Positions 11,101 through 24,400 of a stretch of DNA of 64,000 nucleotides are shown here, in pieces; within the stretch, counting starts at the first letter, position 1, and every line of letters starts with the position of its first letter. The position numbers and the translations under genes are program-made. A model generated the notes under the pieces. It saw only the letters and a list, made by a program, of their open reading frames with translations. It did no database searches and was not told where the DNA came from. The stretch is from Camelus dromedarius (Eukaryota), in the NCBI RefSeq assembly GCF_036321535.1, contig NC_087462.1, positions 23,622,001 to 23,686,000 of the forward strand, given 5' to 3'.

Positions 11101-12393
11101 ATGTGAATTTGAGGTGAAGAGTCACTCGGTTTCTGCCTCCTAAAGTTTCAGGTCATGACCCAAGAAGGGGGCAGTGAAATAGAGGGTAGCATATGAAAGA
11201 TGGGGTGTCATCTTATCCTTGTAGAAAGAGGGGCCCAGAGTGGAGCAATGGGCGACTTGAGGGCTACAAGTAGCCCCATATTCGGGCAAGATGCAAGTCC
11301 TGTAGCAGGCGTACGCTCACGTAAGAAAGAGGCCCACCGAGGACTCTGGCTAAAGGGCCTGAGTCCATCTGGGACTGGACCAGGGCTGAGAAGGCAGGGG
11401 GCCCCTTTTCAGTCAACAGCACTACACCAAGGTGGGACTTTTACGTGAGTGACTATGAACGCACAGCTGCTTTTGGACACAGAGGCACCTGATCTGTTCC
11501 CTGCCCAGTGGGTGAGCGTGTGCATCCCTGGTTGCACACGTCACTGGGATGTCTGAGTTCATACGTGCCTGTGTGCAGGTGTGCCTGTCACATGTACCAG
11601 TCCAAGGGACAGTGCATACATATGACCGAATGCCCTGTTGTCCCTGATGAGGGAGAACCTGTGTGTTTCTGACCTGTACACCTGAAAGGTCTGTGTGTGC
11701 ATGACCATGCGTGCAGTGTATCCATTTGTCTGCACACCCAGGCACAGGCCTAGGAAGGACAGTCTGGAGGTGTCTCGGGACAGAAGTAGTGCTCTGCCCG
11801 TGCACAACTGCCGGGGGAGGGGTGCTGAGTGTGCACACGCCCAGCACCCAGCAGGTGTGGGCTCGGTGTGGGCTCAGTAACGTACGTGAGTGAACACTCA
11901 GGTCCCAGTGGACACGTTCCTACGTCCACAGGAGCCCCTGCAGGGCGTACAAAGGTGCCTAGGTGTGCGAACGTGCACTTCTGTGTGCCCAGACATGAAC
12001 TTGGAACCCTCTGGGCTGGACCAGACGAGGCTGGACTCCTCGCTGGGCACACAGAGGCCTCTGCCATGTGTTGGTGCCTGCGTGGGACACTGCCAAGGGT
12101 GTGTTGGCAGCATGANNNNNNNNNNNNNNNNNNNNNNNNNNNNNNNNNNNNNNNNNNNNNNNNNNNNNNNNNNNNNNNNNNNNNNNNNNNNNNNNNNNNN
12201 NNNNNNNNNNNNNNNNNNNNNNNNNNNNNNNNNNNNNNNNNNNNNNNNNNNNNNNNNNNNNNNNNNNNNNNNNNNNNNNNNNNNNNNNNCTCTCCGCCGC
12301 CTGCCTGTCGCTCTGCAAGCTCTGGCCGGCGGCGCTGCCCACAGTCCCCATGGTGGGCACCCCCCGCAGCGGGGACCCGTGAACAGCAGCGGC

Positions 12394-12438
12394 ATGCCAG
12401 GGAAGCCCAAGCACCTGGGCGTCCCCAACGGACGCATG
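12394..12438 (+). CDS. RGS14: RGS14 exon 1
   Basis: [15 protein letters not shown]|gtgagt. Confidence 0.96.
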
Positions 12439-15400
12439 GTGAGTGCGGGCTCCAGGCCAGGCCCATGGGGAGGGGGTGGGCACACCCAGGGTGGAGCCCA
12501 AGAGGCACACCCGGCAGGGCTGGGCAAGAGCCTGCATGCTGCCAGCGGGCGGGAGAAGCTGGGGACAGACAGCAGCAGGTGGTGGGACCTGGTGCCCTTA
12601 CCCCAGGACCTTCCAGATGGCTCTGCTGGGGACCTGGGGCCACTCTGAGGGTGAGACCAGAGGAGAGCAGGCACAGGCTTCTGGCCCAGGCCCCACTCGT
12701 CTCCTACCTGCTACTTTGGCACCGTCTGGGGGTGCCAGCATCCTAGGGTAGCAGGGACATCTGGCACGCCCTTTGTCCCCCCGGAAACTCCTATGGGGGC
12801 CAGAGATCGGCCCTCCCCTCTTCACCCAATGACCTGATGCCCAAGGCCAGGTAAGGGGCAGCCCTTACTGGGTCACCGCCCTCCTCTTGGACCTGCACTC
12901 CCACCCTGAGGCTTCCTGGCAGAACTCGCTGTCCTTAGGCAGCGTGGGATGGGTCAGCAGGGACAGACCAGGTTGGTACAGCTTCTGCCTGTTCTATTCC
13001 CGGGCTACTAGGAAGAGTTGGGGGAGCTGGGCACTAGGGTGCCCCTAGCAGCAGCTGCCCCACCCCCTAAACCCGCTCTCTGGCTGCTTGGTGTCCGGGT
13101 TAGAGCTGCCCTTGGACAGTCCAGGGTCTTTATTCATCCAGCAGATGAGAGCGGCTGCGCCAGGCTTTTCTTCTCTCCCTAGGACACCAGCCCCTCCTAA
13201 AGACCCCAGGAAGGCTGGACAGTGTTCTAGTCTCTGACCCAGCCCCAGCCTAGTGCTTTAGGACCAAGCCAATGGGTCTAGAGAGACCTGGGTTCCAACC
13301 TCAGCTCTGTTGTCCCTTATAAGAGGGTCCTCTCTGACCTTCAGTTTCTTCATCTATAAAATGAGGAGATTGGAATGTATTTCAAAGGCTTGTTGTGATG
13401 ATTAAGTGGAATGATGAATATGAGGCCCCTGACCCATTGTGGGGGCTCCATGAATGTCAGCCCAATACCTCCCCTTCATTCTCAGCCCCTCTTCAAGCAT
13501 CCTCTGCTTCACCCAGAAGCTGAGCCACCCCCAACCCCACTCCTCCTCCCAAGCCCCAAGGCCTGTCCCCACACCTCTTCCTCCAGCTCCTTTTTAGTGC
13601 CCAGCCCCAGGCCAGCTGGGTGGGAGACAGGCAAACCCCTCCCAGCGGGCCCAGTCCCCCTCCTCACTATCTCTGCCATCAACCTAACTCTGAAAGTGCA
13701 AACACCCATGGGCCTCCCATTCCCGCCCTGGAGGCGTGACACTTGGCTCACCCCTCCCTGGGCATCCAGGCCGAGGAGGAGCACGCCCACTCTCACGTCC
13801 ACCCCAAGCGGGCAGCTGGGTTGATGCTTCTCAGCAGTGCCCAAAACTGCAGGACAGCTGAGGGGACAGATCCAGCCCCTGCCCTTCCCATGTCAACCTG
13901 TGGCTTCTCTGCTCAAAACTCATTCAGAGCAGGGAGGGGGCCTGGTCTCTGCCCCGAGTCCCTGCAAGCCCACCGACACTCTGGCTCCTCTCAGCAACCT
14001 GCCTGGGCCCGTTCTGAACTCTGCCAGCCCTTGGAATTCCAAGGGTCACAGATTGGCCACTTGCTGGCCATTGTGCAGCTTTCTGAGGCCACACTCAGCT
14101 GAATGGGGAGGGGGAAGGACAGAGAGGGATGTGCATAGACATGGGCCAGGTGTAGGCTTCCTTCCACGAGTTACCTCCCAAGGGAGGCTCAAAGGAGTCA
14201 TGACATGCCAAGGGCAGCTGGTAAGGAGAGGGACCCACGTTTGAACCTGACTCTGTGCCTGGGCTTCTCCACCTCCCAGAACTGCCTGGCTCTGTCCTCC
14301 TCCACCTCCCCCTGCCGCCACCCCCACCCGCCACCACCTTCGTTCCCTGCTGAGGCAGCTTCATTTGTCAGCCTCGTCTTTCTGCCACTCAGCTTGTCAG
14401 ACAGTTGCGATGAAACCTGTCACTTAGAGATGGCTCCAGCCCCCCTCCAGAGATGCCTTCGCACAGTCCCAACAGCCACTTACTTCATTTGTTCGCTCAC
14501 TCAGTCATTCAACAACCCCCCCTTAGAACCTGCTCAGTGCTGGCCCCCTCCCAGGCATCAAGACCCAGGCCCATTGCTCTAGCTCCCCGTCTGGCAAGGC
14601 ACAAAATGCACAGGTGCGAATACCGGCATAAAACTCCGGTTTGGGTAAGAGCAGCAGCTCAGGGACAGAGAAAGCTTGAGGAGGATCTGGGAGGGAGGAC
14701 AAACCTCTCCACTCACTTCGAGCATTGTTGGCACGGGAGATGTCCTGAAAGGATGTACCAGCTGGAGGAGGGAATGGCATGGGGAGAGGCCTGCATATGG
14801 GGAAACAGTGTGTGTACAGGGACACGGCCCAAGGGCTGGCGATCCTAAATCCTAGAAAGGGGCGGTTACCATCGCTCTCCCGAGGTCCAGCTAGTCTTCC
14901 TACCTGGGGACGCCTGCAAGGCAGAGCCCACTGTACCTGGAGTCCAGCTCGGAGTCGGGAGTCAGCTACACAGAGATGACTCAGGCTGAAGGGCCAGGCA
15001 GCCAGGACTCTCTGTGGGTTTACCTGGAGAGAACTCAGGGCCTCAGTCTCCCCAATCTAGGAGGAAATGAGATGATGGTATAGAGGGCTCAGCCCAGAAG
15101 ATGCTCTCAGTAAATCAGCCCTTCCTCGAGGTCTGATCCCTCCAGAGGGCAGAGTTCATCCAGGAGCCCCTGGGCCCTCCACCCTCAACCCACCTTACCC
15201 ATCTCTGCCCCAAGGTCTGAGGCCCTGGGCCTCCCCACTCCCTGGTACGTCTCCTGTTCACCCAGGGAGGCAGCTCAGTGGAAGGGAGACCTCAGGCTCG
15301 AGTCAGGCACACTTCAGGCCTAATTTCAGCTCAGCCGCATCTCAGCTGCGTGATTTCTCCGGGCCGAGGCTTCCCTATCTATAAAACGGAAGTAACAATA

Positions 15401-18400
15401 CCTGCCACACAGGATGAGGATGTGAGGATGTTGGGAGAACACAGATGCATGCTGTCACTGTCAGAGAGCACCTGTCACACAATCGGAGCTCAGGAAATGT
15501 CAGGCCTCCCTCACCTTAGTATTCTCAAATACCTGCAGTTCCCCCAGGACCCATTTTCAAAGAAAAAAGTCTGGCAAACTGAGGCAGGACGATGGGTCGG
15601 GGGTGCCACTGGCACCACACCCTTCCTCATCCTTTCTTCCCCTTTTCTCCCATCCACTCACCACTTCTCCTCGGGCAGGCCAGGCTGAGATGGGGCAAGG
15701 CCAGCACCACTCAGCACTACTTCCCCAGACTCGGGAGCCTGGCAGATCGGAGCCCACTCTCCGCCTTCACAATTGGGGCCTCGCTCATCCTTCCCAGCAG
15801 CCCCTGGAGGTTGGGAGTGCTGAGTCCCATGCTACCCTGGGGGAAACTGAGGCCCAGAGAAGGGAAGTTACTTGTCCTGGAGTAATGGATCTGGAATTGG
15901 GCCCCATCACTGCTCCGTCCCGCCTCTGGATCTCCATCCTGTCTTAGCCCCAGCTCTATAGGTTAACAGCTAGTGAGACAAGAGGGGCCTGGGAAGAATG
16001 GCGGGCCACAGAGATGGGTGTTCAGAGGCAGAGCATCCCTGGCGAAAGGAGTGCCAGTGCCTCCTGCCAGGGCAGAGGAGGGCTGCCTGGCCCTCATGGC
16101 TGCTTGGGAGCACTTGGGCAAAGAGGTGCAGGGTGACGAGGGAGTTCGGGCTGGTTCCCTCCCCCAGTACAGGCCTGCCCACCAGGAGCTGCCATGCTGG
16201 CAGGATAGAGGCCCAGATATGGGTGGGCAGAAGTGTGGTGGGCAGGGGGATTCGGGGCGGCTGGTGTCTGGGGATGACTGATGTCAGTGGGCAGGGATTG
16301 GAGAGTGGCAGGGTGCAGGGAGCAGGAGCAGATCCCAGGCCAAGGAAACAGCAAAGCAGGAAGCAAGAGTGTTAAGGGGTGGGGGGAAATAGAAGCTTGC
16401 TGGAGGGTAGGATGGAGGTGAGGGGGAGGGCAATAGGGGAGGCTTGAAAGGGTTCATTAGTCAGGCCCAGGCAGAGCTGCTGTAACCCAGCAACTGCTCT
16501 GCCTCCCAGAGCCGGGAGTGGGGCCCGCAGAGGGCCTGGGAGCCCGTCCCACCTAAAGACACAATACATTCAACATGATGGAAACAATAAAACCAAAGAG
16601 GAGTAAAAGCCAGCCCAGGGCCCTCTGCCCTCTCTGGCGTCTGGGCCTGCCCGTGCGCACCTCCCCCGTCCCCCTGGGGGAAGTGGGGGGCCATGGAGAG
16701 CTCTGAGCAAGGGAGAGGCTGAGTCCCAAAGATAAAGGGGGACTAGAGAGAGGCCGGTGGGTGTGGGAGGAGGGAGGGCCAGGTAGCCACCTAGCAGCAG
16801 GAGAGGGCAGGAGGGCAGGGGAGGTAAGTCAGGATGGTTCCCAGAGACCTGGGCAGAGGGCAGTGGGTGGTGACTTCTGAGGCTGGGAACAGCCCCAGAG
16901 CAGCGTGGGGAAGAAGAACGTGGGGCAGGCAGGTGGGGGCAAGAGGGGAGATGCCAGGAAAGCAAAGAGCAGCTGGAAAGGACCTTGAGCTTCAACTTGT
17001 CCCCCTCACACACCCCAGGAGTTAGGACTTTGTTCTGCAGCCTCGGGAAATGTCTTGGATGAAGGAATCAGCCCAGCCACCCTCTGCACAAGCTTTCCCT
17101 GCTCCACAGCAAGGTCTTATCCCCACGCTCCAGCTAGGAGAGGCTCTGGGAGGGGCCCAAGTTTGTAAAACCAGAAAAGGGCAGGGCTAGGATTTGAATC
17201 TGGGTCTGATAGACCTGATACCTGTGCTCTTCCCTCTATGGCAGGGCTCGGCAAAGCTGAAAGCCGGAGCAGGGTCAGACACCAATGCTAATGCAACAAC
17301 AGCAATAATAATGGGAATGGTCCTTGATTATTTATCACAGGCCAGCTAGTGCTCTGAGTTCTCTCTCTACATGTATCTGACTTATTTAATCACAGCAACC
17401 CTGTAAAGTCAGGACCATTATTTTCCCCATTTGTATAGAGGGAGAAAGTGAAGCACAGAGAGGTGAAGTATTCTGTCCAAAGTCACACAGCACAATTTTG
17501 ACCTGCTTTCCATATATAACAAAAATGCATCAAACGGGCCCCAGAGACCTCTGAGGAGAGCATGAGTCCCTTCTAGGGGAAGCAGTTGCTGCTCGGTGCC
17601 AGCCAAGGTTGCCCCACTGGGAAGAAGCTTAGGGTAGCTGTGGCCGAAAGCTGAGGTTTCATGTAAAACTCCTGACTTTTAAATGTGGGAAACCCCTTGA
17701 AAGTTTAAAAAAAAAAAACCCATTCTGATATTAATAATGTCCCACCTATTGGCAGGCCAGCTCTTGCCCACAGATGTGTGATCCAGCTGCTCCCAGGCGG
17801 GACTGGGGAACAGAGAGGGAGGGAGAGGCTTTCTGGGGAGGAGAGTTGCAGACCTGATTCCAGTGGGGATGGGATGAAGGGACAGGTGGTGGAAGGGCCT
17901 AGTGAAAATGTAGGAGGTGAGAGGGAGGGAGGAATTGGGGCTGAGTCAAGCCCTGGTGTTGGGAGCCCAGGCGATGGGAAGAAAACCGACGGCAGGGAAG
18001 CTGGTTCAGTGCCTTGCTTTGGTGGCGGCAGAGGTGGCTTCCATGTGGGACTGGCTGAGCTGGAAGGGCTTGTGGGACATTGGGGTGGAGATGTCAGCAG
18101 GAAGTCAGCTACGTGTGTTTGAAGCTGGGGAGATGTGGGAGGGAGAAAGGGCCCAGGACAGAGTCAGGGAGGGGTGGAGGCTGCCTCGTGTGTGTAGGAG
18201 ATGGTGAGGAAGCTGGAGGAGCTGCTAGGAAGGTAGGAAGCCCAAGGGAAACCACTGCAAGAGTCATTTTGAAAGGAGGGTTTTTCTGTTTCACTAATGG
18301 TTGGGATTCCCAGAGAAGTCGGAGCTGTGCGTGGGGCTGGAAGGGCTGGGGTGGGGGAGCAGGGAGGATGGGATTGACAGTGTGGTCCGTAACCAACAGC

Positions 18401-21400
18401 ATCAGCATTGCCTGGGGGCTTGTTAGAAATGGAGGGTCTCAGGCTCCATCCTGGACCCCCTGAACCTGACTCTTTGGAGGTGCCGCCCTCCACCCCCGTC
18501 ATTCTAAAGCACACTGAAGTTTGAGAACAGCTGCTCTCTGCTAAAATACAGCACCCTATGCCCTGCCCAAGGTGGGGTGTTTCCAAGAGGAAACAGTTGC
18601 AATCAGGAGATCCTCAGCTACAGAGGCACATTCTCCTTTCCTCAAAGACAACAGCAAACACTGATACAGCAATTACCACATGCTGGCCCCTGTTCTAGAT
18701 GCTGCAAATAGATTAAACTGATTTGATCCTCACAGCAGGCCCAGGAAGTAAGTTACTATTATTATCCCCATCCCTTGTTTACAGATGGAGACAAGTAACT
18801 TGCCCAGAGTCACACAGCTAGTAAGTGGCAGAGACAAGTTCAAAAGCTGGTGCTCCTACCCAGCATGCTCTACCCCCAGGCTAGGCCAGTGGGTGCTGGG
18901 GGTCAACCAGGCGGTGACTGGAGGGTCCCTGGCATAAGTCCCAGCACACATCGGTTGGCACATGATGGAAGGGAGCCAGGGGCAGCCTGAGCAAAACCCT
19001 AAGCAAGCAGTGACCTGGCTGAGAACGTCCAGCATGGCCCTCCACGCAGGAGAGAACACAGCTCCAGTCCTGGGGACTGAGCCTAGAACTGTCTCTTGAG
19101 AATCCACCCTGAGCTCTACTCTGACTTTCTACCTTGGGTTTCTTGTAGGTTCTGGCCGTCTCGGATGGAGGTAAGTGACAGAGGGTGTGAAGGAAGCCTG
19201 GCTGTGGGTGGGGGTGGGGGCTGAGGGGGTGTAAAGGGAAAGAGGGTGGGGATACCCCTGCCACTTGCTGTCTTTACAGGGAAAGTACCGGCAGATGGGG
19301 TTGGACCAGGGGCTGGGGAAGGCCACAAGGCTCACCTGCACTTGTCCATCCCCCCGCAGAGCTAAGCAGCACGGCGGGGCCCCAGGGCCAGGGCGAGGGC
19401 CGAGGCAGCTCCCTCAGCATCCACAGTCTCCCCAGTGGCCCCAGCAGCCCCTTCCCCTCCGAGGAGCAGCCTGTGGCCAGTTGGGGCCTGTCCTTCGAGC
19501 GGCTGCTGCAGGACCCGCTGGGCCTGGCTTACTTCACTGTAAGCCCTGGGGTGGGATGGGGAGGGCGGCTGGCAGTGGCCACCATGGGGGGGGAGGGAGG
19601 GGGGCAGGGGAGAGGGCATGGATGGAGCCTCAGGCTGACTCCCATCAGCTGCCTCATCCAGCCTTTCTTTGGCACTCTCCTGCTCTTTTCCCAGCTGGGA
19701 AGTTTCCTTCTCTCTGCCTCTTATTTCCTCTCTGTGCCTCCGGATCTGACCCCATCTGTCTGTCTGGACCTATCTGTCTGGCTTGGCCTCTGGGACCTGC
19801 CTCTATATCAATCTCTTTGACCACATCCCCTGACAGGGTGTCTGTCTCTGACTGCCTCCTCCTTTCCCCCACCTCCAGGAGTTCCTGAAGAAGGAGTTCA
19901 GTGCGGAGAACGTGACTTTCTGGAAGGCCTGCGAGCGCTTCCAGCAGATCCCAGCCAGCGACACCCAGCAGGTGAGGAGAAGGGTGAGCTGAGGCAGAGA
20001 GGTGGAAGCAGGGCCTGAGCCATTACCCTGACCTTCTCCTGCCCCTCCTACCCCAGTTAGCTCAGGAGGCCCGCAACATCTACCAGGAGTTCCTGTCCAG
20101 CCAGGCGCTGAGCCCAGTAAATATCGACCGGCAAGCCTGGCTCGGCGAGGAGGTGCTGGCGGAGCCTCGACCGGACATGTTCCGCGAACAGCAGCTTCAG
20201 GTGAGCGGTCCCAGGGGGCGTGGCATGGGGTGAGGGGCGTGGCCTCGGGGAGAGCGATGGAGCAGAGGCGGGGCCAGATCCAGGGGCGAGGCCGGAGCGG
20301 CCAGGGCGGCGTGGGTAGGGTGAGGAGGAAGAGAGCAAATCTGGATGATGAGACCCTGCTAACTTCACGGGAAGGGGTGCGGGTCAGAGGGTGATGGACC
20401 AAAGGCGGCGGTGAAGGGAGGGTTAGGGGCGTGGCCAAGAATAAGGGCGGGGACTGGAGCAAGGGGGTGGGTGGGAGGGGCTAGGGACTTGTTCCTTAGG
20501 TTGGAGACCCCGCCAAACCCAGCCCCGGGAGCTGGTCCTGGGACTCGGGCGGCGGGCAGAGCGCCCTCTCTTGCTCACCGCCTCGGCGCGGGTTCCGCAG
20601 ATCTTCAACTTGATGAAGTTCGACAGCTATGCGCGCTTCGTCAAATCCCCGCTGTACCGCGAGTGCCTCCTGGCGGAGGCCGAGGGTCGCCCACTGCGGG
20701 AACCCGGCTCCGCGCGCCTCGGCAGCCCTGACGCCACCAGGAAGGTGCGGACCAGGGGCTGTGGGGGGCAGGCGGCCGGGTGCAGATCCGCGGGGCTGTG
20801 CCCACGGTCAGCCTGCGGGCTGGGGCCCGTCCCAGTGCCAGTGCCTTCCCTGTATCTTGCAGAAGCCGAAGCTGAAGCCCGGAAAGTCGCTGCCGCTGGG
20901 CGTGGAGGAGTTGGGGCAGCTGCCGCCTGCTGAGGGCCCTGGGGGCCGCCCGCTCCGCAAGTCCTTCCGCAGGGGTGAGGACGGGAGCCGGTCGCAGAGA
21001 TGAGTGGGGGCGGGAGTTTGGGCAAGGTTTGAGAACACCGGTCCTGCAGCCCGTAAGTCTATGAAAATTGAAATGCAGATCACTGTGACCCCCACGTTCC
21101 CCCGGTGGTTCCGTTCCCACGCGAGACCCCAGAAGTTTGAGAAGCCCCTTCAGTAGCGAAGCTTCCAGGAACCCTAGCCACGTGAGACCCCCGCAGGAGG
21201 GCTCCAGCTACTTCCGCCCCGCTGGAGACAGTTCTCAGCAGGAGCGTGGAGGAAGGGGGCCTGTTTTCTCATTCTCCCTCTCCCTTAGAACTAGGAGGCA
21301 GCGCGGCAAACTCCTTGCGCCGGGAGTCCCAGGGCTCCCTCAACTCCTCGGCCAGTCTGGACCTCGGCTTCCTTGCCTTTGCTAGCAGCAAATCTGAGGT

Positions 21401-24400
21401 GAGCCAACTGCTGGGGGGAGACGAGGTGTGGGCTGGGGCCACCACTCAGGCCCCTTTGTGTGGCCGCTGTCATTCCCAGTCGCTGGCCCCACTTCATCTC
21501 CCAGCTTGACCCACAAGGCCAGACCCTCAGCCTCCTTACTTTCTCCTGTCCTTACCACACTGGGCCATGCATGTCATGGGTGCACATCCTCTTCAGCCGA
21601 TGTGTGTGCACGAGTGGGTGTCCAGATATGTAGCAGTCAGTGGGTGGACCTGTCTCTGGGTGCCCATAGTTTGGGTGAGCATACATGTATACCTGTAGGA
21701 GGACATGTCTTGCCTGCCTACAGGTGTGCCCTTGGGCATGTGTATGCGTGTGTGTGTGCCTCAGTCAGCTTACCTGTCTGCATACCTGTCTGTGTATCCT
21801 TGCTTGTGTACACATCACCTTCCCCAACACCTGTTCTGAATCAGAGCCACCGGAAGAGTCTTGGGAGCTCAGAAGGTGAGAGCGAAAGCCGGCCAGGGAA
21901 GTACTGCTGCGTGTACCTGCCTGATGGCACAGCCTCCTTGGCCCTGGCCCGACCTGGCCTCAGTATCCGCGGCATGCTGGCAGGCATCTGTGAGAAACGA
22001 GGCCTCTCTCTGCCTGACATCAAGGTCTACCTGGTGGGCAATGAACAGGTATGAACTTGGCCTGGTCCCCAACTCTCACTCCTTTCCTGATCCTAATCCT
22101 GACCCCAATCCCATTCCTGAGTCTGCTCAGCCATGACCCAACCCCAATTCCATTCCTAATTCCAACCGCATCCCCTATTCTCACCCCTTTCCTAACTTCA
22201 GCCCCCACCCAACTCCGAAGCAACCCAGCACCAACACCTCACTCAAACTCAGATATCCACTCTCATCCCACTAAAATCCTATCCCGGCCCCATCCCCATC
22301 CTATTTTCCAGCTTCATCCATCATCCTTTCTGTGATGGTCTCTAGGAGGTAGATTCAGGGAAAACCACAGTTAGAGTTGGGGTTTCCCCCCATCATTTCC
22401 AGGATTCAGACTGCCCATCCCTGAAATGGCCATTTGGGGGAGCCCTCACCTCCTCTGCCACCAGGGCTGCCCAACGGCACCTAACCTATGAGAAACTTTA
22501 CTTTGAGTACAAACTAGCATAGCTTTAAAGAGGAGTCTAGGAGAAAACTCTCTTAAACTAAACCATCCAGTAAGGGGGAATCTAAAGGAAGCATAACTGC
22601 ATCCCAGAGAGACCCCCTCAGGACTTCATTTGCCCAGTAGACAGTTCTAAGGCCCTACCAGGTGGGTGGGCAGAGCCACCCAGGCTGAGGCCTTTCCTCC
22701 AGGTCCAAAGGCTAGAGGTGTGCCAGGCAGGATGTGATCAGGGAGAAGGAGGTGAACTTCCAGAGAGTTTCTAGGGCAAGCTGGGCATTTCTAGTTGGTC
22801 CCAGAGGGCTTCATGGAAGAGGCAGCAGTTGATGGGGATGAGGAGGAGTTCGCCTGGCAGATCTGTGGGGGGAGGACCTCCCAGGCAGAGGTGGGTAAGA
22901 AGTGCAGGGCATGTACAGGGGTCTGGAGCGTGGGAGTGTGAGGGCAGCAGTAGGAGGAGCTCTGCCCACTTTCTTGGGCTGCCCAGGCAGCCTCGGCAAC
23001 CCAGATGGGTTTTTGTGTCTGCTAATTTTAACTTCCGCCCACACTCCACCTGTCCCTGCAGCACAGCCCAGGCCTATTGCCTGGGAGAGGCTGCCTCCCA
23101 GCCCTGGGCTGCTGCGCCCAGCAGGGCCTCAAGGGCGGTAATCACTACAGCTACGTTTGTGTACCTACTGTGTGCCAGGCACTGTGCTAGATACTTTACA
23201 CCCTTCTGGCCTCACAGCTGTCTAGGAGGGAAGAGAGCCCTTCTTGCAGTGAGGAGACAAGAAGTTCCTTTATAGGTGGGGATGGAGATAAGTGGACAAG
23301 TGTCAAAAAAGGGGCAAGCCCTGGGTGGCTGACCAAAGGTGGGTGATGAGGCAGGAAATTCATCCAGCTAGTCTGGTTGGGTTTCACATGCCTGAGGGAC
23401 AAGGAGCTGCTGTTCAAGAGGCAGATCCTGACCTGGCTCAGGAAGAGGTGGCCCCATGATTCAGGACTTAAGCCTGCCCCTTACCCAAGCAGCCCCATTA
23501 CCATTTCATGCCCACCTCACCCCCATGTTTCCCATAACTCTCTGTTCCTTTTCCATGTCGGTCCAGCATTCTTGCCACCCTTCTCCCTGGCCTTGGCCAT
23601 ACCAGGCTTCCATCCAACCTGATCTCTTACTCCATCCTCATCTCTATGGCTCACCGGTCCATTAGCCCTTCCCTCTGACCCTTAGGGAGTCTCAGCGGCA
23701 GCCATGGCAAGAAGTGATGGTGGTTCCCTCAGACCCTGGGGATGGGGGAAGTGGGGAGGAGAGAAGGGATTCTGAGACCCTGCCTGGTTGTCTGCAGAAG
23801 GCCCTGGTCCTGGATCAGGACTGCACCGTGCTGGCTGACCAGGAAGTGCGGCTGGAGAACAGAATCACCTTCGAGTGAGTGTCTGTCCTCCCAGCTTTGG
23901 GTCCGGGGTCTCAGCACTCGCTTGGGGCCCAGTTCAGGCGGCTGTTCTCCCTCCATGTCCTGCCGCTCTGCTAACCCCGCCCCCTGGGCTAAGACCCCGC
24001 CCCCAAGCCGCCCCACCTCCCCTGTTCAGGCTCCACCTCCTCTTGGGCCTGTCCCAGGTGGGTTGGGGAGCCGAGGGGCCGGCGCTCAGCCCTTGTGCAG
24101 CGTTAGGGTCCCGTACAGGCTCGAGCTGGCGGCGCTGGAGCGCGTGGTGCGGATCTCCGCCAAGCCCACCAAGCAGCTGCAGGAGGCCCTGCAGCCCATC
24201 CTGGCGAAGCACGGCCTGAGCCCACAACAAGTGGCGCTGCACCGGGTGAGATGCGGGGCCGCGGGGCAGGGGCGGGGCGGGGCGGGGCGGGGCGGCCGGG
24301 GTGGGGGGGGCTGCCTGTCCCACGGCCTGCTGACCTGTCCCCGCAGCCAGGAGAGAAGCAGCCGCTGGATCTGGGGAAGCTAGTGAGCTCGGTGGCCGCC

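Noticed and set aside
11430-12115. TG/CA-rich tracts (also 21580-21810, 38100-38260, 47450-47700) as a shared novel repeat family
   Set aside because: No alignable unit between them; they are independent decayed (TG)n low-complexity DNA.
11750-12746. Long ORFs of 250-305 aa around the RGS14 start
   Set aside because: They are inflated by the 174-N gap and GC-rich sequence. Only 12394-12438 matches a protein.
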